DNA of 64,000 bases from Rhynchopus sp. YZ270_cl-10 (lineage: Eukaryota): positions 1,178,001 to 1,242,000 of the forward strand of contig OZ037839.1 in NCBI GenBank assembly GCA_964035575.1, in the 5' to 3' direction. The position numbers and the translations under genes were made by a program. Positions 1 to 10,115 of this stretch are shown piece by piece (the stretch's first letter is position 1; every line of letters starts with the position of its first letter). Below the pieces are notes generated by a model. It made no database searches. It saw only the letters and a list, made by a program, of their open reading frames with translations, and was not told where the DNA came from.

Positions 1-2
1 AC

Positions 3-2177
3 ACCCTGCTCAGGTGACCACTCCACACCAATGTACTCCAAAGTCCGCACTGGGCTGAGGCACGATTTCTTCTCGTTTATTTCTGCTCCTGCAAAACTGA
101 ACCGTTCCAGGATCCCTGCTACCGATGCCTGAACTCCTTCACAAGACTCTCCGAAGACAAGGATGTCGTCCAAGTACACCATCGCACGCACGCCCACTGC
201 TCTACCCACAAGCGCTTCCGCTGTGTTCTGTGCTATGTAGGGGGCCACAGACCAGCCCATCGGCACCCGAGTCCATCTGTACCAGCTTTGCCCGACGCGA
301 AAACAGAAGAAAGAGGAGACGTTGTTGTGGATAGGAAGTTGGTGGAAGAATCCTTTCAGGTCTATTTTTGCCAACCACGTAGCCTTCCTGTGCTTCAGGA
401 TGTGGAACAGGTGCGGCGGGGCGAAGAGGTGGAACTTTGGGGGCTTTGGCATCACGCAGTTGATGGGACGGCCGTCAATCACCGTGCGGTGAATCAGCGG
501 ATCAGACTTCGGAACCGTAAACACCTTGACCACTCCGCGGACACACTCACGTTTCGTCACCTTCATGCAGACACCAGCCTTCAAACATGCCGACACAAAA
601 GAGGGAGGGAGGTTGGATTTCGGTCCTGGGATGGGGATCTTGCCTGACTTCACCTCCGAAATAGCGTTAGGGTTCGTCATCCAGCTTGCGAAATGTGGGT
701 CCATACCCGCTTCCGTCGCCAGTTGCGACAGACGTTGCACGTTGATGGTGGAGGTCGGGAAGGAGTCAAGCTTTGCCTGTCTGGGGGGTGGCTTACCCAA
801 ATCGGGCCACGTCAGGGAAGACTCTCCGGACTGCTCACCCGATACCTCATTCTCATGTTCCTCCAATATCCCCCGATAGCCCTCCTGCAGACCCCGAATC
901 ACTGAAGAGAAGACAGCAGATTCGCCTCCAGCGTTCGTCGACCCCGTGTGTTCGTCCTCAGGTAACGCACCGTCTCTGCTTCGTTCGCGTGTCTGAGGAG
1001 CTCCCGCAGCTCGCTTCTTTCCACTCCCGTCTTCTCCACCTCCTGGATCGCCCCCCGTCGTAACGAATGTAGCCATGCTGCGTTGGGAAACACCTTCTTC
1101 ATAGCACGTTTCAGGCTTTCGTACACATTTGAATTCCCGCCGAAGACTAGCTGTTTTTCGTCCTTGATGCTTCGCATGAATCTCACCGCTACCGCAGTCA
1201 GTCTCCCTGGAGGCATGTTGATGGGGGGCCGCCATCCCTTGCATCCTTTCTCCCGCGCAAAGAATTCCCCCCCCACGGTGTCCAGCTTCTGCGGTGTGTC
1301 CGAGCGGAATTCCCTCCAATCTACCTTCGTGATGAAGCGCAGGTCGGGAACGCGAGCTCTCGATACCCATGCAATCGCGGCCAGTGCTGCAGCCGGCTTG
1401 TTCCCTTGCGACCACAGCGTCTCTATTGCAGTTGAAGCTTCTGTGGTGGTCATTGGTGGTGCCTGTCGCGGGCGGATCATCGTGCTCAAACGTATAAGTC
1501 CTTTCTTTGCCTCCAGCAGCTTCCGCGTTCGAACTCCTCGCATGCCCATGCTCAGCGACTTTCGCACGATCACCTCCACGTAGGTCTGTACAGTCTTCGG
1601 AGAAGCCGATGCCAGCATCCTGTGCGCGTAGCCGATGATGAGGTCGTCGGGGGGGAGGCCGTCGCGCTGCGTCGCACGCCACTCCATAAACCGGTCGAAG
1701 ACCCGGTCTTGCTCCGCCCGGTACTTCGGGGCGTTCGCAAACTGACCGAGCTGGTCCCATTCCAGCGTCCGGTGCAGCAGCTTCCCCAGTACCTTCCCGT
1801 CTCGTTCCGCAAACACCAAGTCCTCCACAGCTTTCGCCCTCTGCAGCGACATCTTCCTCGTCCCAAGCGACATGTGCTCCGGTAGGTGTGGTGGGGGCAG
1901 GACCTCCTTGGGCGGGGTCACCGGGTCCGTCACCAGTTTCGGCCCTGTTCGCCCCGTGTCGCTCTGTCGCACTGTGACCCAGTTCCTTGGGGAGTTCCTC
2001 GTCCCTGTTCGTCCCTTTTCTCCCTTCTGTCGTCCCTCGTCCCTCTTTGTTTGTTGTAGTTGATGTGATTTTTGACGTCGATTCACCCCATAGTTCGTTC
2101 TGTTCGACCCAGTATTTTGACCCTTGTTTCCCCCGGAGTTGTAGATGGTGTTGTTGTTGATGTTGACGCGGTGGTGG
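3..2177 (-). CDS. Reverse transcriptase ORF of element A (partial; not in the ORF track because its stop lies outside the window; RT homology from ~810 downward)
   Basis: Manual translation gives VFTVPKSD..RTVIDGRPIN, KIDLKGFFHQLP, TRVPMGWS, MVYLDDILVFG (YLDD at 165-176) and GAEINEKKS..LEYIGVEW. The frame is stop-free from the gag TAG (2178-2180) to the window edge. Start codon unknown. Confidence 0.9.
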
Positions 2178-2443
2178 CTACTGGCGAAAAGGCTTCCCCC
2201 CTTTGCCTCCTTTCCGTCCGAAGGTCGCCGATGGGTCGAACCTCGTGCGCTTCGATCCCCTGTCGTTGTAGTTGTTGGAGGAGGTGGTGCTGTGGCGTCT
2301 CTTCGTGCCTGCAAAGCGCGCATTCGCTGCCGTCGCTGCCAGCATCGCTGCACGGCGTTGGGGGGTGGTCGAAGTGCCCATCGATGTACGGGAACGGAAC
2401 GCCCTGGCCGCCTCCAGCCCCATCGTGAAACGGTAGTGCACAC
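899..2443 (-). CDS. Tyrosine recombinase (integrase) of element A; probable ATG at 1873
   Basis: Catalytic motifs WVSRARVPDL (R), WLHSLRRG (HxxR) and LRHANEAETVRYL (H...Y). Confidence 0.9.
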   Translation of the reverse strand: MCTTVSRWGWRRPGRSVPVHRWALRPPPNAVQRCWQRRQRMRALQARRDATAPPPPTTTTTGDRSARGSTHRRPSDGKEAKGGSLFASSHHRVNINNNTIYNSGGNKGQNTGSNRTNYGVNRRQKSHQLQQTKRDEGRQKGEKGRTGTRNSPRNWVTVRQSDTGRTGPKLVTDPVTPPKEVLPPPHLPEHMSLGTRKMSLQRAKAVEDLVFAERDGKVLGKLLHRTLEWDQLGQFANAPKYRAEQDRVFDRFMEWRATQRDGLPPDDLIIGYAHRMLASASPKTVQTYVEVIVRKSLSMGMRGVRTRKLLEAKKGLIRLSTMIRPRQAPPMTTTEASTAIETLWSQGNKPAAALAAIAWVSRARVPDLRFITKVDWREFRSDTPQKLDTVGGEFFAREKGCKGWRPPINMPPGRLTAVAVRFMRSIKDEKQLVFGGNSNVYESLKRAMKKVFPNAAWLHSLRRGAIQEVEKTGVERSELRELLRHANEAETVRYLRTNTRGRRTLEANLLSSLQ

Positions 2444-3206
2444 ATAGCAGGTCGTCCAGGAGGATCACGAGGAGGTCCCCCATGTTCTTCCCCTTCAGAA
2501 TCTTCTGGATCAGGTTCAGAGTTCCGCGTGCCGCGTCCCGTGTGTCCCCTTCCTTATCAGGCACGTATTTTGCGAGTTGCTCCAACAGTTCGGTTTGGCC
2601 AAACCTGTCGAGTTCTTGCCAACGCGTCGGATTGAGTGCCACGGTTTCAGCGTCGGGCCCCATGTCGTCACTGCGGATGTCGCTGCGGTCGTCCGGTTGG
2701 TCGTCTGGGAAGTCCTGTGCGGCCTCGAAAGCGGCGATGCGGTCCTGCCCATCAGTCTCGCGTACCACCGGCGCAAACACAAAACGTTTCTTCACTGCCT
2801 CGGCCGCCACTGCCTGCTCCTCTGTCTCCACAGAGGCCTTCGGAGAAGATACGTCCTCAGAGCAAGGGAAAGATGCCGCGTCCTCGCCACTCAGCAACTG
2901 CGCAAAGGTCACGTCCCCAAGGCCGTTCCTCACCGTGGCCAGAAAGAGGGCGAGACGGCGGGGCTTCGTCTTCTCCCACGCCGCCTCATTCGACCTGGTG
3001 ACCTCAATCACCAATTGCCGCAGGTCGCTCTCCGTCACCACACCCCCCAATCCTGCCAGGGTTGCCAGGATGTAGTCCCCCGGCAAGAAGGAATCCTTCA
3101 GCGCCGTCTTCACCACATCTGGCGCTCCCGCACAACATACGCGCATCACTTCACTCACCTTGAAGTGACAGGCCTTGCGCCCCTCAAACTCAGCTGTCAA
3201 GTCCAT
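2178..3206 (-). CDS. Gag-like ORF1 of element A (MDLTAEF...)
   Basis: First ORF of the element. Its C-terminal block [25 protein letters not shown] resembles GSLDEMLGVLGDAL..SGRAGALAFKS in element B ORF1, and it has a basic Gly-rich tail. Confidence 0.7.
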   Translation of the reverse strand: MDLTAEFEGRKACHFKVSEVMRVCCAGAPDVVKTALKDSFLPGDYILATLAGLGGVVTESDLRQLVIEVTRSNEAAWEKTKPRRLALFLATVRNGLGDVTFAQLLSGEDAASFPCSEDVSSPKASVETEEQAVAAEAVKKRFVFAPVVRETDGQDRIAAFEAAQDFPDDQPDDRSDIRSDDMGPDAETVALNPTRWQELDRFGQTELLEQLAKYVPDKEGDTRDAARGTLNLIQKILKGKNMGDLLVILLDDLLCVHYRFTMGLEAARAFRSRTSMGTSTTPQRRAAMLAATAANARFAGTKRRHSTTSSNNYNDRGSKRTRFDPSATFGRKGGKGGKPFRQ

Positions 3207-3370
3207 ATTCGTACGAGGGAAGGAAAACACACCGGGGAAACAAATTTGTGGAAAAAATTCCTGATGAAGGTGGTGTGTTTTGACTTTCCCGTTCCAACCT
3301 TTGCAGAGCAAAGAGGTAATAAAAGCAAAAATGGACCAAAGCATCTTATACTATCATCTACAGTAACACC

Positions 3371-3413
3371 AGATCTCCCCATGTCGCAGCAAAGCTGCTT
3401 TAACAAGTTAACT
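3371..3413. other. Structured terminus of element A: AGATCTCCCC + two adjacent hairpins
   Basis: GCAGC-AAA-GCTGC, T, TTAAC-AA-GTTAA; same geometry as 10070-10115. Confidence 0.8.
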
Positions 3414-5121
3414 GGGGAGGAGGGGGAGGGGGAGGGGGAGGGGGAGGGGGAGGGGGAGGGGGAGGGGGAGGGGGAGGGGGAGGGGGAGGGGGAGGGGGAG
3501 GGGGAGGGGGAGGGGGAGGGGGAGGGGGAGGGGGAGGGGGAGGGGGAGGGGGAGGGGGAGGGGGAGGGGGAGGGGGAGGGGGAGGGGGAGGGGGAGGGGG
3601 AGGGGGAGGGGGAGGGGGAGGGGGAGGGGGAGGGGGAGGGGGAGGGGGAGGGGGAGGGGGAGGGGGAGGGGGAGGGGGAGGGGGAGGGGGAGGGGGAGGG
3701 GGAGGGGGAGGGGGAGGGGGAGGGGGAGGGGGAGGGGGAGGAAGGTGGGAGGGGGAGGGGGAGGGGGAGGGGGAGGGGGAGGGGGAGGGGGAGGGGGAGG
3801 GGGAGGGGGAGGGGGAGGGGGAGGGGGAGGGGGAGGGGGAGGGGGAGGGGGAGGGGGAGGGGGAGGGGGAGGGGGAGGGGGAGGGGGAGGGGGAGGGGGA
3901 GGGGGAGGGGGAGGGGGAGGGGGAGGGGGAGGGGGAGGGGGAGGGGGAGGGGGAGGGGGAGGGGGAGGGGGAGGGGGAGGGGGAGGGGGAGGGGGAGGGG
4001 GAGGGGGAGGGGGAGGGGGAGGGGGAGGGGGAGGGGGAGGGGGAGGGGGAGGGGGAGGGGGAGGGGGAGGGGGAGGGGGAGGGGGAGGGGGAGGGGGAGG
4101 GGGAGGGGGAGGGGGAGGGGGAGGGGGAGGGGGAGGGGGAGGGGGAGGGGGAGGGGGAGGGGGAGGGGGAGGGGGAGGGGGAGGGGGAGGGGGAGGGGGA
4201 GGGGGAGGGGGAGGGGGAGGGGGAGGGGGAGGGGGAGGGGGAGGGGGAGGGGGAGGGGGAGGGGGAGGGGGAGGGGGAGGGGGAGGGGGAGGGGGAGGGG
4301 GAGGGGGAGGGGGAGGGGGAGGGGGAGGGGGAGGGGGAGGGGGAGGGGGAGGGGGAGGGGGAGGGGGAGGGGGAGGGGGAGGGGGAGGGGGAGGGGGAGG
4401 GGGAGGGGGAGGGGGAGGGGGAGGGGGAGGGGGAGGGGGAGGGGGAGGGGGAGGGGGAGGGGGAGGGGGAGGGGGAGGGGGAGGGGGAGGGGGAGGGGGA
4501 GGGGGAGGGGGAGGGGGAGGGGGAGGGGGAGGGGGAGGGGGAGGGGGAGGGGGAGGGGGAGGGGGAGGGGGAGGGGGAGGGGGAGGGGGAGGGGGAGGGG
4601 GAGGGGGAGGGGGAGGGGGAGGGGGAGGGGGAGGGGGAGGGGGAGGGGGAGGGGGAGGGGGAGGGGGAGGGGGAGGGGGAGGGGGAGGGGGAGGGGGAGG
4701 GGGAGGGGGAGGGGGAGGGGGAGGGGGAGGGGGAGGGGGAGGGGGAGGGGGAGGGGGAGGGGGAGGGGGAGGGGGAGGGGGAGGGGGAGGGGGAGGGGGA
4801 GGAAGGTGGAGGGGGAGGGGGAGGGGGAGGGGGAGGGGGAGGGGGAGGGGGAGGGGGAGGGGAGGGGGAGGGGGAGGGGGAGGGGGAGGGGGAGGGGGAG
4901 GGGGAGGGGGAGGGGGAGGGGGAGGGGGAGGGGGAGGGGGAGGGGGAGGGGGAGGGGGAGGGGGAGGGGGAGGGGGAGGGGGAGGGGGAGGGGGAGGGGG
5001 AGGGGGAGGGGGAGGGGGAGGAAGGTGGGAGGGGGAGGGGGAGGGGGAGGGGGAGGGGGAGGGGGAGGGGGAGGGGGAGGGGGAGGGGGAGGGGGAGGGG
5101 GAGGGGGAGGGGGAGGGGGAG
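3414..5121 (+). repeat. (GGGGGA)n microsatellite tract 1, rare GGAAGGTGGGA interruptions
   Basis: Direct reading. Confidence 0.98.
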
Positions 5122-5240
5122 GGAGATCTGGGATAGATAGAGATTACCTAAAAAGACCCGCGAGGGGCGAACAGCAATGAAAAATGATAAAATGGAGAGG
5201 AGGGAAGGGGGATACTTTTTATCTCGAAAAGAGGCGCTAC

Positions 5241-5274
5241 GATGAGGGGGGCGAATGTGGAGGCCGAAACAACC
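5241..5274. repeat. 34-bp direct repeat, copy near the 3' end of element B
   Basis: GATGAGGGGGGCGAATGTGGAGGCCGAAACAACC, identical to 9856-9889. Confidence 0.95.
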
Positions 5275-5562
5275 TCATGACATCCGTCACGTAGAATATT
5301 TTAACCCAGTAGGCCACGAGAGCATCCACCACAACCACAAACACACACACTGGGCCCCGCGGGGGCCCAGATGCAAAACCGGAGTAAACAAAAAGCCAAT
5401 GATACGACACCAAGCCTCAACGGGCGCAGGCATCCAGAAAAAAGAGAAAGCAAAGGCCACTGTGCAAAACAGCGGACACAAAAACAGGGCAGGGAAGCAG
5501 CTTTAATGAAAAGCTAGATGAAAAAACAGAAGGTAATCTAAAATAAGAATAATCTAAGGACT

Positions 5563-8500
5563 TCAATCGTCCGTCCACACAAAACCGCCGCCGTCGACCA
5601 CCACGCCGTCCGACGGGGGGTCGGCCCAGTCCTGCCCAGCGGTGCCCCAGCGTGACAGCTCGTCCGCCGGCATACGGTCCGTCGCAATCCAGCGCGACAA
5701 CATACCCGCACCCGCACCGTCCGTGACCCGAAACAGGCCCTCCAGGACCGTGTTCCCCAACCTGACCGCACAGTGGCCCTTCTCCAGCACAGCAACCACC
5801 GCGGCGTTGTCACCCACCACCAGAATCCTTCGGGCGCCACCCCGCACAGCATGCAGCACGCCCCAGGCCATTGCCCGTAACTCCAAAAGGAAAATGTCCT
5901 CGACCGTGGACCACGTGCCCCACTTCCGGAAAGCGCGCTCGCCAGCCCACGTCCGGACAATGAACCCCCACCCCTCGGGGCAAGCATCCGACCACACCAC
6001 AGCATCACACCCCGCCTCCGGCGACAGCTTCCACCTGGGGACGCGCCACACATCCGGCACCAGACGCCGCTCCACAAACACCTGCAAGTCCGACCGCATG
6101 CCCGCAGAAATCTGCACCTGGTCATCCCAGTCAATGGCGCCCGCAGACACCTCGGCACCCCGCGCCCGAATCCACGCCAACATATCCGGCACACTGCAGA
6201 AACGGTCACCCATCGCATACGTGGCCCAGATGACGGCCCCGATGCCCTTCCACACGTCGCGCAGCGAGGGACCCGACGCCGCCAGCAAGGCGTCCAGCAC
6301 GACTCGGGCCTTCCGACGCCACTCCCCCGGCAGCCGCCTGCATCGTGCCCGCAGGTCCCACTCAATCCCGGCGTACACAACCACCTGCACCGGCGTGAGC
6401 GTCGACTTCGCGCGGTTCACCTCAGCGCCCACCTCGTCCGCTCGGCGCAAAAACCCCCGCAGCCTCGCCGACGCCTGCTCCGCCGACTTCCCCAGAATGA
6501 GGTTGTCGTCGATCCACGCAGCAGCACACACCCCCGCCATATCCCCGAGCAGCCCCAGCGACGTCTCCTGCGCAATCACCGCCGCCCACGACCACCCCAT
6601 CGCCATGCGGGTAAGCTGCATGCGACGCGCACCCTGCCGCACACCAAAAAACTGCCCCACCTCCGCGGATAAAGGGAATTGCCAGAAAAACCCTTTGAAA
6701 TCCGCCACGACAGCATGCGTAGCGCCCCCACGGAGGATGAGTTCCGAAAGCTCGTATGGTGAAGGGAGGCTGAACTTAGGCGGGGAGTGCATCGCCGTGT
6801 TCAACGGCCGTGCGTCAACGATGAGACGCATCTTGCCGTTCGTCTTCGCCAGCGGAAACACAGACAGCCCGCACACCGAAGGAAAAGCCCGCCTCTCCGT
6901 GCGCAGAACACCGCCACTCACGCACGCCTTCAGCATGTCGTCCTGGAGTTTGGAGGGGGGGCCCGGCATCGTCACCCCTGACCCCGTCAGCTGCGCACGG
7001 AACGTCGCAATGTCGTCAAGCATCGCGAACAGCCCAGCCTTCGCCGGCACAAGACGGCGTAACGCCCCCAAATCAATCAAGCCGACAGGGAAAGAATCCA
7101 GCACCTGACGCTTCACACCCGACGGCATAGCCCAAACCCCAGCGACGTCGTCTACCATCATGTGCGGGGGCGACGCAGACGCCTCGATCTCCAGGTCCAC
7201 ATCGTCACCACCCACCTCACGCACATACTCCCCCAGCGGGCAGCCGTCCAGCCCACGGAACAACCACCCTACACCCAACCCCCCTGCAGCGCGTCCAGCT
7301 GCTCCCGTGCCTTCCTGCGGTCTGCCTCGGCGGTACTCATCATGTACCGCCGCGTCTGCGTTCCGCTCGCGTGGCGGAGAGCGCTCTGCAGCCCGTCCAG
7401 CTCCATCCCCCACTTCTGCAACACCTGCGCTGACCCCCTGCGCAGAGAGTGCGCCCAGGACCCCGCGGGCAGCCGCGCCACGACCCGCTTGAGGAGGGCC
7501 TGGTACTCCGCCTCTGTGGCCGCGAAGAGAGGTGTGTCCGGACCCGTCGCGCTGCACCGCTGCCACCACGCCACCACCCGACATGTCAACTCCCCTGGCG
7601 GCAGGTACACCACCGGCGACCACTGGCGCTGCTGCTTCTCCTTCAGCGCCACCTCCAGCCCCGGCTCTACCCCCTCGTCGCACACCAACGTCAGGTCGCG
7701 CACCAGCAGGTACCGCACGTCGGACATCCGGGCTCGCGCGACCCACACCAACGCCACGAACGCGCTCTCGCGGTCGCAACCCTGCTCCAGCAACGCCTCT
7801 ACCGTGCTCTGCACCACTGCGGTGTCCACCGGAGGAGCCTGGCGGGGACGAAGAAGTGTGCCGAATCTCGTGAGCGCCCGTCGCGTCGCCAGCACCCGTT
7901 TTGTGCGTGCCCCCACGACCCCTTCCGCCGCCAGCGCGCGGAGAAGGCTGCCGCAATATCCCGCCACGGTCAGGGGCGACGCTCCCTCCAGCCTCGACCA
8001 CAGGAACTTCACCACCGCCTGGTCGACCGGCAACGTCGGGGACTCCGCAGCGAATTTTCGGAATGCCCGCAGCATCCATGAGCGTGCGCCCGCGGCCCGC
8101 GGACCCACGCAGTAAGTGTGGGCCGCCTCCCACGGGACCAGCTTGCGTACTGCTTGTCCCAGCTGCTTTGGATCGCGAATCCGGAACAGCACGTCGTCCA
8201 CGGCGGTGCGAGCGGCCGCTGAGGTCGTCGGCTTCTTGTCGGCCGGACGAAGGGCTGCGCGGAGTCCCGGCACGTCGTGGAATAGTTGTGGGGGGCGCGC
8301 GGCGGGCAGCGCCCCCGTAGCCCCCTCCCGGACGGGAGGGGGAAGGGGGAAAGGAAATTGAGATGTTTGTCTTGGGAGGGAAAGTGGTGGGGGGGAAGAG
8401 CGCCGCAAACGGGTTGGGGGAACCCAGTCGCGCTCCGCCCGGCCCCGTCACTCCTTTCGCGGGCGGAAGTTCTGCCCCGGCCCGAAGCCACCACTGCCCC

Positions 8501-8922
8501 CTCGACCTCGGCCGCCCTGCTTGCCGCCGCCGCCCCCGTTTCCCGAGTCCTGCGCGGGACCCCGGGACCACCCCCCGCCACCACCCGACGCCTTCGTGGC
8601 CGCCTTGCCCGCCGCCATGCCCGCGGCGTACGCCGCCCTCCGGTCCGCCGGCACCACCTGCTGCGCCCAGACCTTCGACTTGAAGGCCAGGGCCCCCGCC
8701 CGGCCGCTGGTCGCCCGCAGCTCCCAGAACGCCAAAGCGTCCCCCAGCACCCCCAGCATCTCGTCCAGGGACCCACCGCGCAGCGCACAAGCGATGGCTG
8801 CGTGGCAGTGGGCGGCGGCGTCGGCGGCGTCCGTGTTCGCCTGGAGCGTCGCCGTACGCTCCTTGAGGACGCCCAGCAGAGCATCGGTGTGATGCGCCTG
8901 CTGGTCGCAAAAAGCTCCCCAC
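5563..8922 (-). CDS. Reverse transcriptase-RNase H of element B (RT/RH homology from ~7161 downward; the upstream part overlaps YR and gag)
   Basis: RT motifs VFPLAKTNGKMRLIVDARPLN, ADFKGFFWQFPL, RMAMGWSW and WIDD. DIRS-type RNase H motifs WSDAC..GWG, LELRA, GDN and PADELSR. Confidence 0.93.
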   Translation of the reverse strand: MGSFLRPAGASHRCSAGRPQGAYGDAPGEHGRRRRRRPLPRSHRLCAARWVPGRDAGGAGGRFGVLGAAGDQRPGGGPGLQVEGLGAAGGAGGPEGGVRRGHGGGQGGHEGVGWWRGVVPGSRAGLGKRGRRRQAGRPRSRGQWWLRAGAELPPAKGVTGPGGARLGSPNPFAALFPPTTFPPKTNISISFPPSPSRPGGGYGGAARRAPPTTIPRRAGTPRSPSSGRQEADDLSGRSHRRGRRAVPDSRSKAAGTSSTQAGPVGGGPHLLRGSAGRGRTLMDAAGIPKIRCGVPDVAGRPGGGEVPVVEAGGSVAPDRGGILRQPSPRAGGGRGRGGTHKTGAGDATGAHEIRHTSSSPPGSSGGHRSGAEHGRGVAGAGLRPRERVRGVGVGRASPDVRRAVPAGARPDVGVRRGGRAGAGGGAEGEAAAPVVAGGVPAARGVDMSGGGVVAAVQRDGSGHTSLRGHRGGVPGPPQAGRGAAARGVLGALSAQGVSAGVAEVGDGAGRAAERSPPRERNADAAVHDEYRRGRPQEGTGAAGRAAGGLGVGWLFRGLDGCPLGEYVREVGGDDVDLEIEASASPPHMMVDDVAGVWAMPSGVKRQVLDSFPVGLIDLGALRRLVPAKAGLFAMLDDIATFRAQLTGSGVTMPGPPSKLQDDMLKACVSGGVLRTERRAFPSVCGLSVFPLAKTNGKMRLIVDARPLNTAMHSPPKFSLPSPYELSELILRGGATHAVVADFKGFFWQFPLSAEVGQFFGVRQGARRMQLTRMAMGWSWAAVIAQETSLGLLGDMAGVCAAAWIDDNLILGKSAEQASARLRGFLRRADEVGAEVNRAKSTLTPVQVVVYAGIEWDLRARCRRLPGEWRRKARVVLDALLAASGPSLRDVWKGIGAVIWATYAMGDRFCSVPDMLAWIRARGAEVSAGAIDWDDQVQISAGMRSDLQVFVERRLVPDVWRVPRWKLSPEAGCDAVVWSDACPEGWGFIVRTWAGERAFRKWGTWSTVEDIFLLELRAMAWGVLHAVRGGARRILVVGDNAAVVAVLEKGHCAVRLGNTVLEGLFRVTDGAGAGMLSRWIATDRMPADELSRWGTAGQDWADPPSDGVVVDGGGFVWTDD
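7269..8408 (-). CDS. Tyrosine recombinase of element B
   Basis: WVARARMSDV, WAHSLRRG and LRHASGTQTRRYM; RPRQAPP is shared with the element A YR. Confidence 0.92.
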   Translation of the reverse strand: MRRSSPPPLSLPRQTSQFPFPLPPPVREGATGALPAARPPQLFHDVPGLRAALRPADKKPTTSAAARTAVDDVLFRIRDPKQLGQAVRKLVPWEAAHTYCVGPRAAGARSWMLRAFRKFAAESPTLPVDQAVVKFLWSRLEGASPLTVAGYCGSLLRALAAEGVVGARTKRVLATRRALTRFGTLLRPRQAPPVDTAVVQSTVEALLEQGCDRESAFVALVWVARARMSDVRYLLVRDLTLVCDEGVEPGLEVALKEKQQRQWSPVVYLPPGELTCRVVAWWQRCSATGPDTPLFAATEAEYQALLKRVVARLPAGSWAHSLRRGSAQVLQKWGMELDGLQSALRHASGTQTRRYMMSTAEADRRKAREQLDALQGGWV

Positions 8923-9665
8923 TGCGCCGGAGACCGGGCCACGGACTCCGCAGTGAGCCGCCTGGGCTCCTCCATGGGGGTGTCGTCCTCCTGGTGCGTC
9001 CCCGGACCCCCCCGGCTGAGTAGCAGCTGCTCCCTCTGGAACGCCAGTTGCTGCTGCTGGAGTTGCAGCATGAAGTCCCGGGAGGACTCCTGCTGCATCT
9101 GCTGCATGCGCAGCAGCACCTCCTCCATCTGGGGGGGCTGCTGTTGGTGATGTGGTGGCTGCGACTGGTGGTGGGGATGTTGTTGTTGTGGCTGGACCGG
9201 TTCCGGCGAGTCCTGTCGCGGCAGTTCCTCAGGTACTTCCTCTCGTGCAGGCGCTTGACTGCGGAGTCTGGTGATGCTCTCCTGGACCCCGAGGCCATCC
9301 CCGAAGGAGACAACCGTGGCCAATTGCTTGACCAGCGACAGCCCCGACCACACAGCGCGGCGGTTCTCGTCAGCCGCGTCGAACCCACACAGGGCGACGA
9401 GGGCCGAGGAGAGCAGCTCCGGCCCCGGCTCCGTCACCTGCAGGTTCTTCGCCACCTGCTGCTCCTTTACCTCCTTCACCAAACATTCCAGACACCCACC
9501 CAGAGCGCTGTAGAGCACCTTGCGCTTGCGGAGGCAGTGCAGACTGGGGTCAATCCCCACCAGTTGGAACGACGCCACAGGGGGGTCGTACTGGTGCTCG
9601 CTGTTGGGGCTCTCACGGAGAGCCTCCAACAAGCCGGGGATGTCGGTGCTGCGACCTGCGGACAT
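8448..9665 (-). CDS. Gag-like ORF1 of element B (MSAGRST...)
   Basis: First ORF, with a Gln-rich linker, C-terminal similarity to element A ORF1 and an RGG-rich tail. Confidence 0.72.
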   Translation of the reverse strand: MSAGRSTDIPGLLEALRESPNSEHQYDPPVASFQLVGIDPSLHCLRKRKVLYSALGGCLECLVKEVKEQQVAKNLQVTEPGPELLSSALVALCGFDAADENRRAVWSGLSLVKQLATVVSFGDGLGVQESITRLRSQAPAREEVPEELPRQDSPEPVQPQQQHPHHQSQPPHHQQQPPQMEEVLLRMQQMQQESSRDFMLQLQQQQLAFQREQLLLSRGGPGTHQEDDTPMEEPRRLTAESVARSPAQWGAFCDQQAHHTDALLGVLKERTATLQANTDAADAAAHCHAAIACALRGGSLDEMLGVLGDALAFWELRATSGRAGALAFKSKVWAQQVVPADRRAAYAAGMAAGKAATKASGGGGGWSRGPAQDSGNGGGGGKQGGRGRGGSGGFGPGQNFRPRKE

Positions 9666-9855
9666 ACCGAGACCCAACCGTGGAATGATGAGTTCGGGTG
9701 TAGTGGGTTGTGCAGTTGCAGCTGGTTGAACGGGTGGAGAAGGCGGAGTCGAAGGCGGTGTCCGCGGCGCAGGCTGTATACTACCGAGACGTCTTGGCTT
9801 GGTCGGAGTAGTGAAGAAAGAGGCGAGGCGGTTAATCGTGAGTAGGGGCAAAAAA

Positions 9856-9889
9856 GATGAGGGGGGCGAATGTGGAGGCCGAAACAACC
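9856..9889. repeat. 34-bp direct repeat, copy in the 5' leader of element B
   Basis: Identical to 5241-5274. Confidence 0.95.
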
Positions 9890-10115
9890 CAAAACAAATT
9901 CCAACAAAAAATCTGATGAAGATGGTGGTGGTATGGTGAGGGTAGAGGCTGAAAACACAAAAACGGACCCCGGCCAACCAGGTCAAAGCCTGAGGAAAAC
10001 TAAAAAATATTCTGCCTAAAAGACAGCATGCGTGCCACGTCAAAACAAAGATTAGGTAAACTCTATCATAGATCTCCCAACTCGCAGCGAAGCTGCTCCG
10101 CTAAAGCGGGTTGAA

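Larger units (their letters stand above)
1..3413 (-). mobile_element. Tyrosine-recombinase retrotransposon 'A' (VIPER/TATE-like order gag-YR-RT), 3' part runs off the window start
   Basis: Gag-like, YR and RT ORFs on the minus strand are homologous to those of the element at 5122-10115. The 5' terminus (AGATCTCCCC + double hairpin, 3371-3413) abuts GGGGAG of the microsatellite. Confidence 0.9.
5122..10115 (-). mobile_element. Full-length (4994 bp) tyrosine-recombinase retrotransposon 'B', VIPER/TATE-like
   Basis: Intact gag, YR and RT-RNaseH. Ends are GGAGATCT...GGGTTGAA, and removing the element restores an in-phase (GGGGGA)n. It has asymmetric inverted repeats (5122-5151 vs 10052-10077) and a 34-bp internal direct repeat. 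Confidence 0.92.

Noticed and set aside
3414..5121. (GGGGGA)n as a true telomere
   Set aside because: Interstitial, with the G strand pointing toward internal genes; the telomeric repeat of this organism cannot be determined from the window.
2577..5180. Long poly-G/GE/GR/P ORFs here and at 10066-12635 and 14668-15760
   Set aside because: Translations of the stop-free (GGGGGA)n microsatellite, not genes.
5642..9845. Plus-strand ORFs over element B (and over the GNAT gene, e.g. 22676-23800)
   Set aside because: Antisense shadows of GC-rich coding sequence, with no motifs.
9913..9960. CTGATGA...GAAA in the element B leader as a hammerhead
   Set aside because: No stem II or stem III pairing could be formed; kept only as a conserved leader motif.
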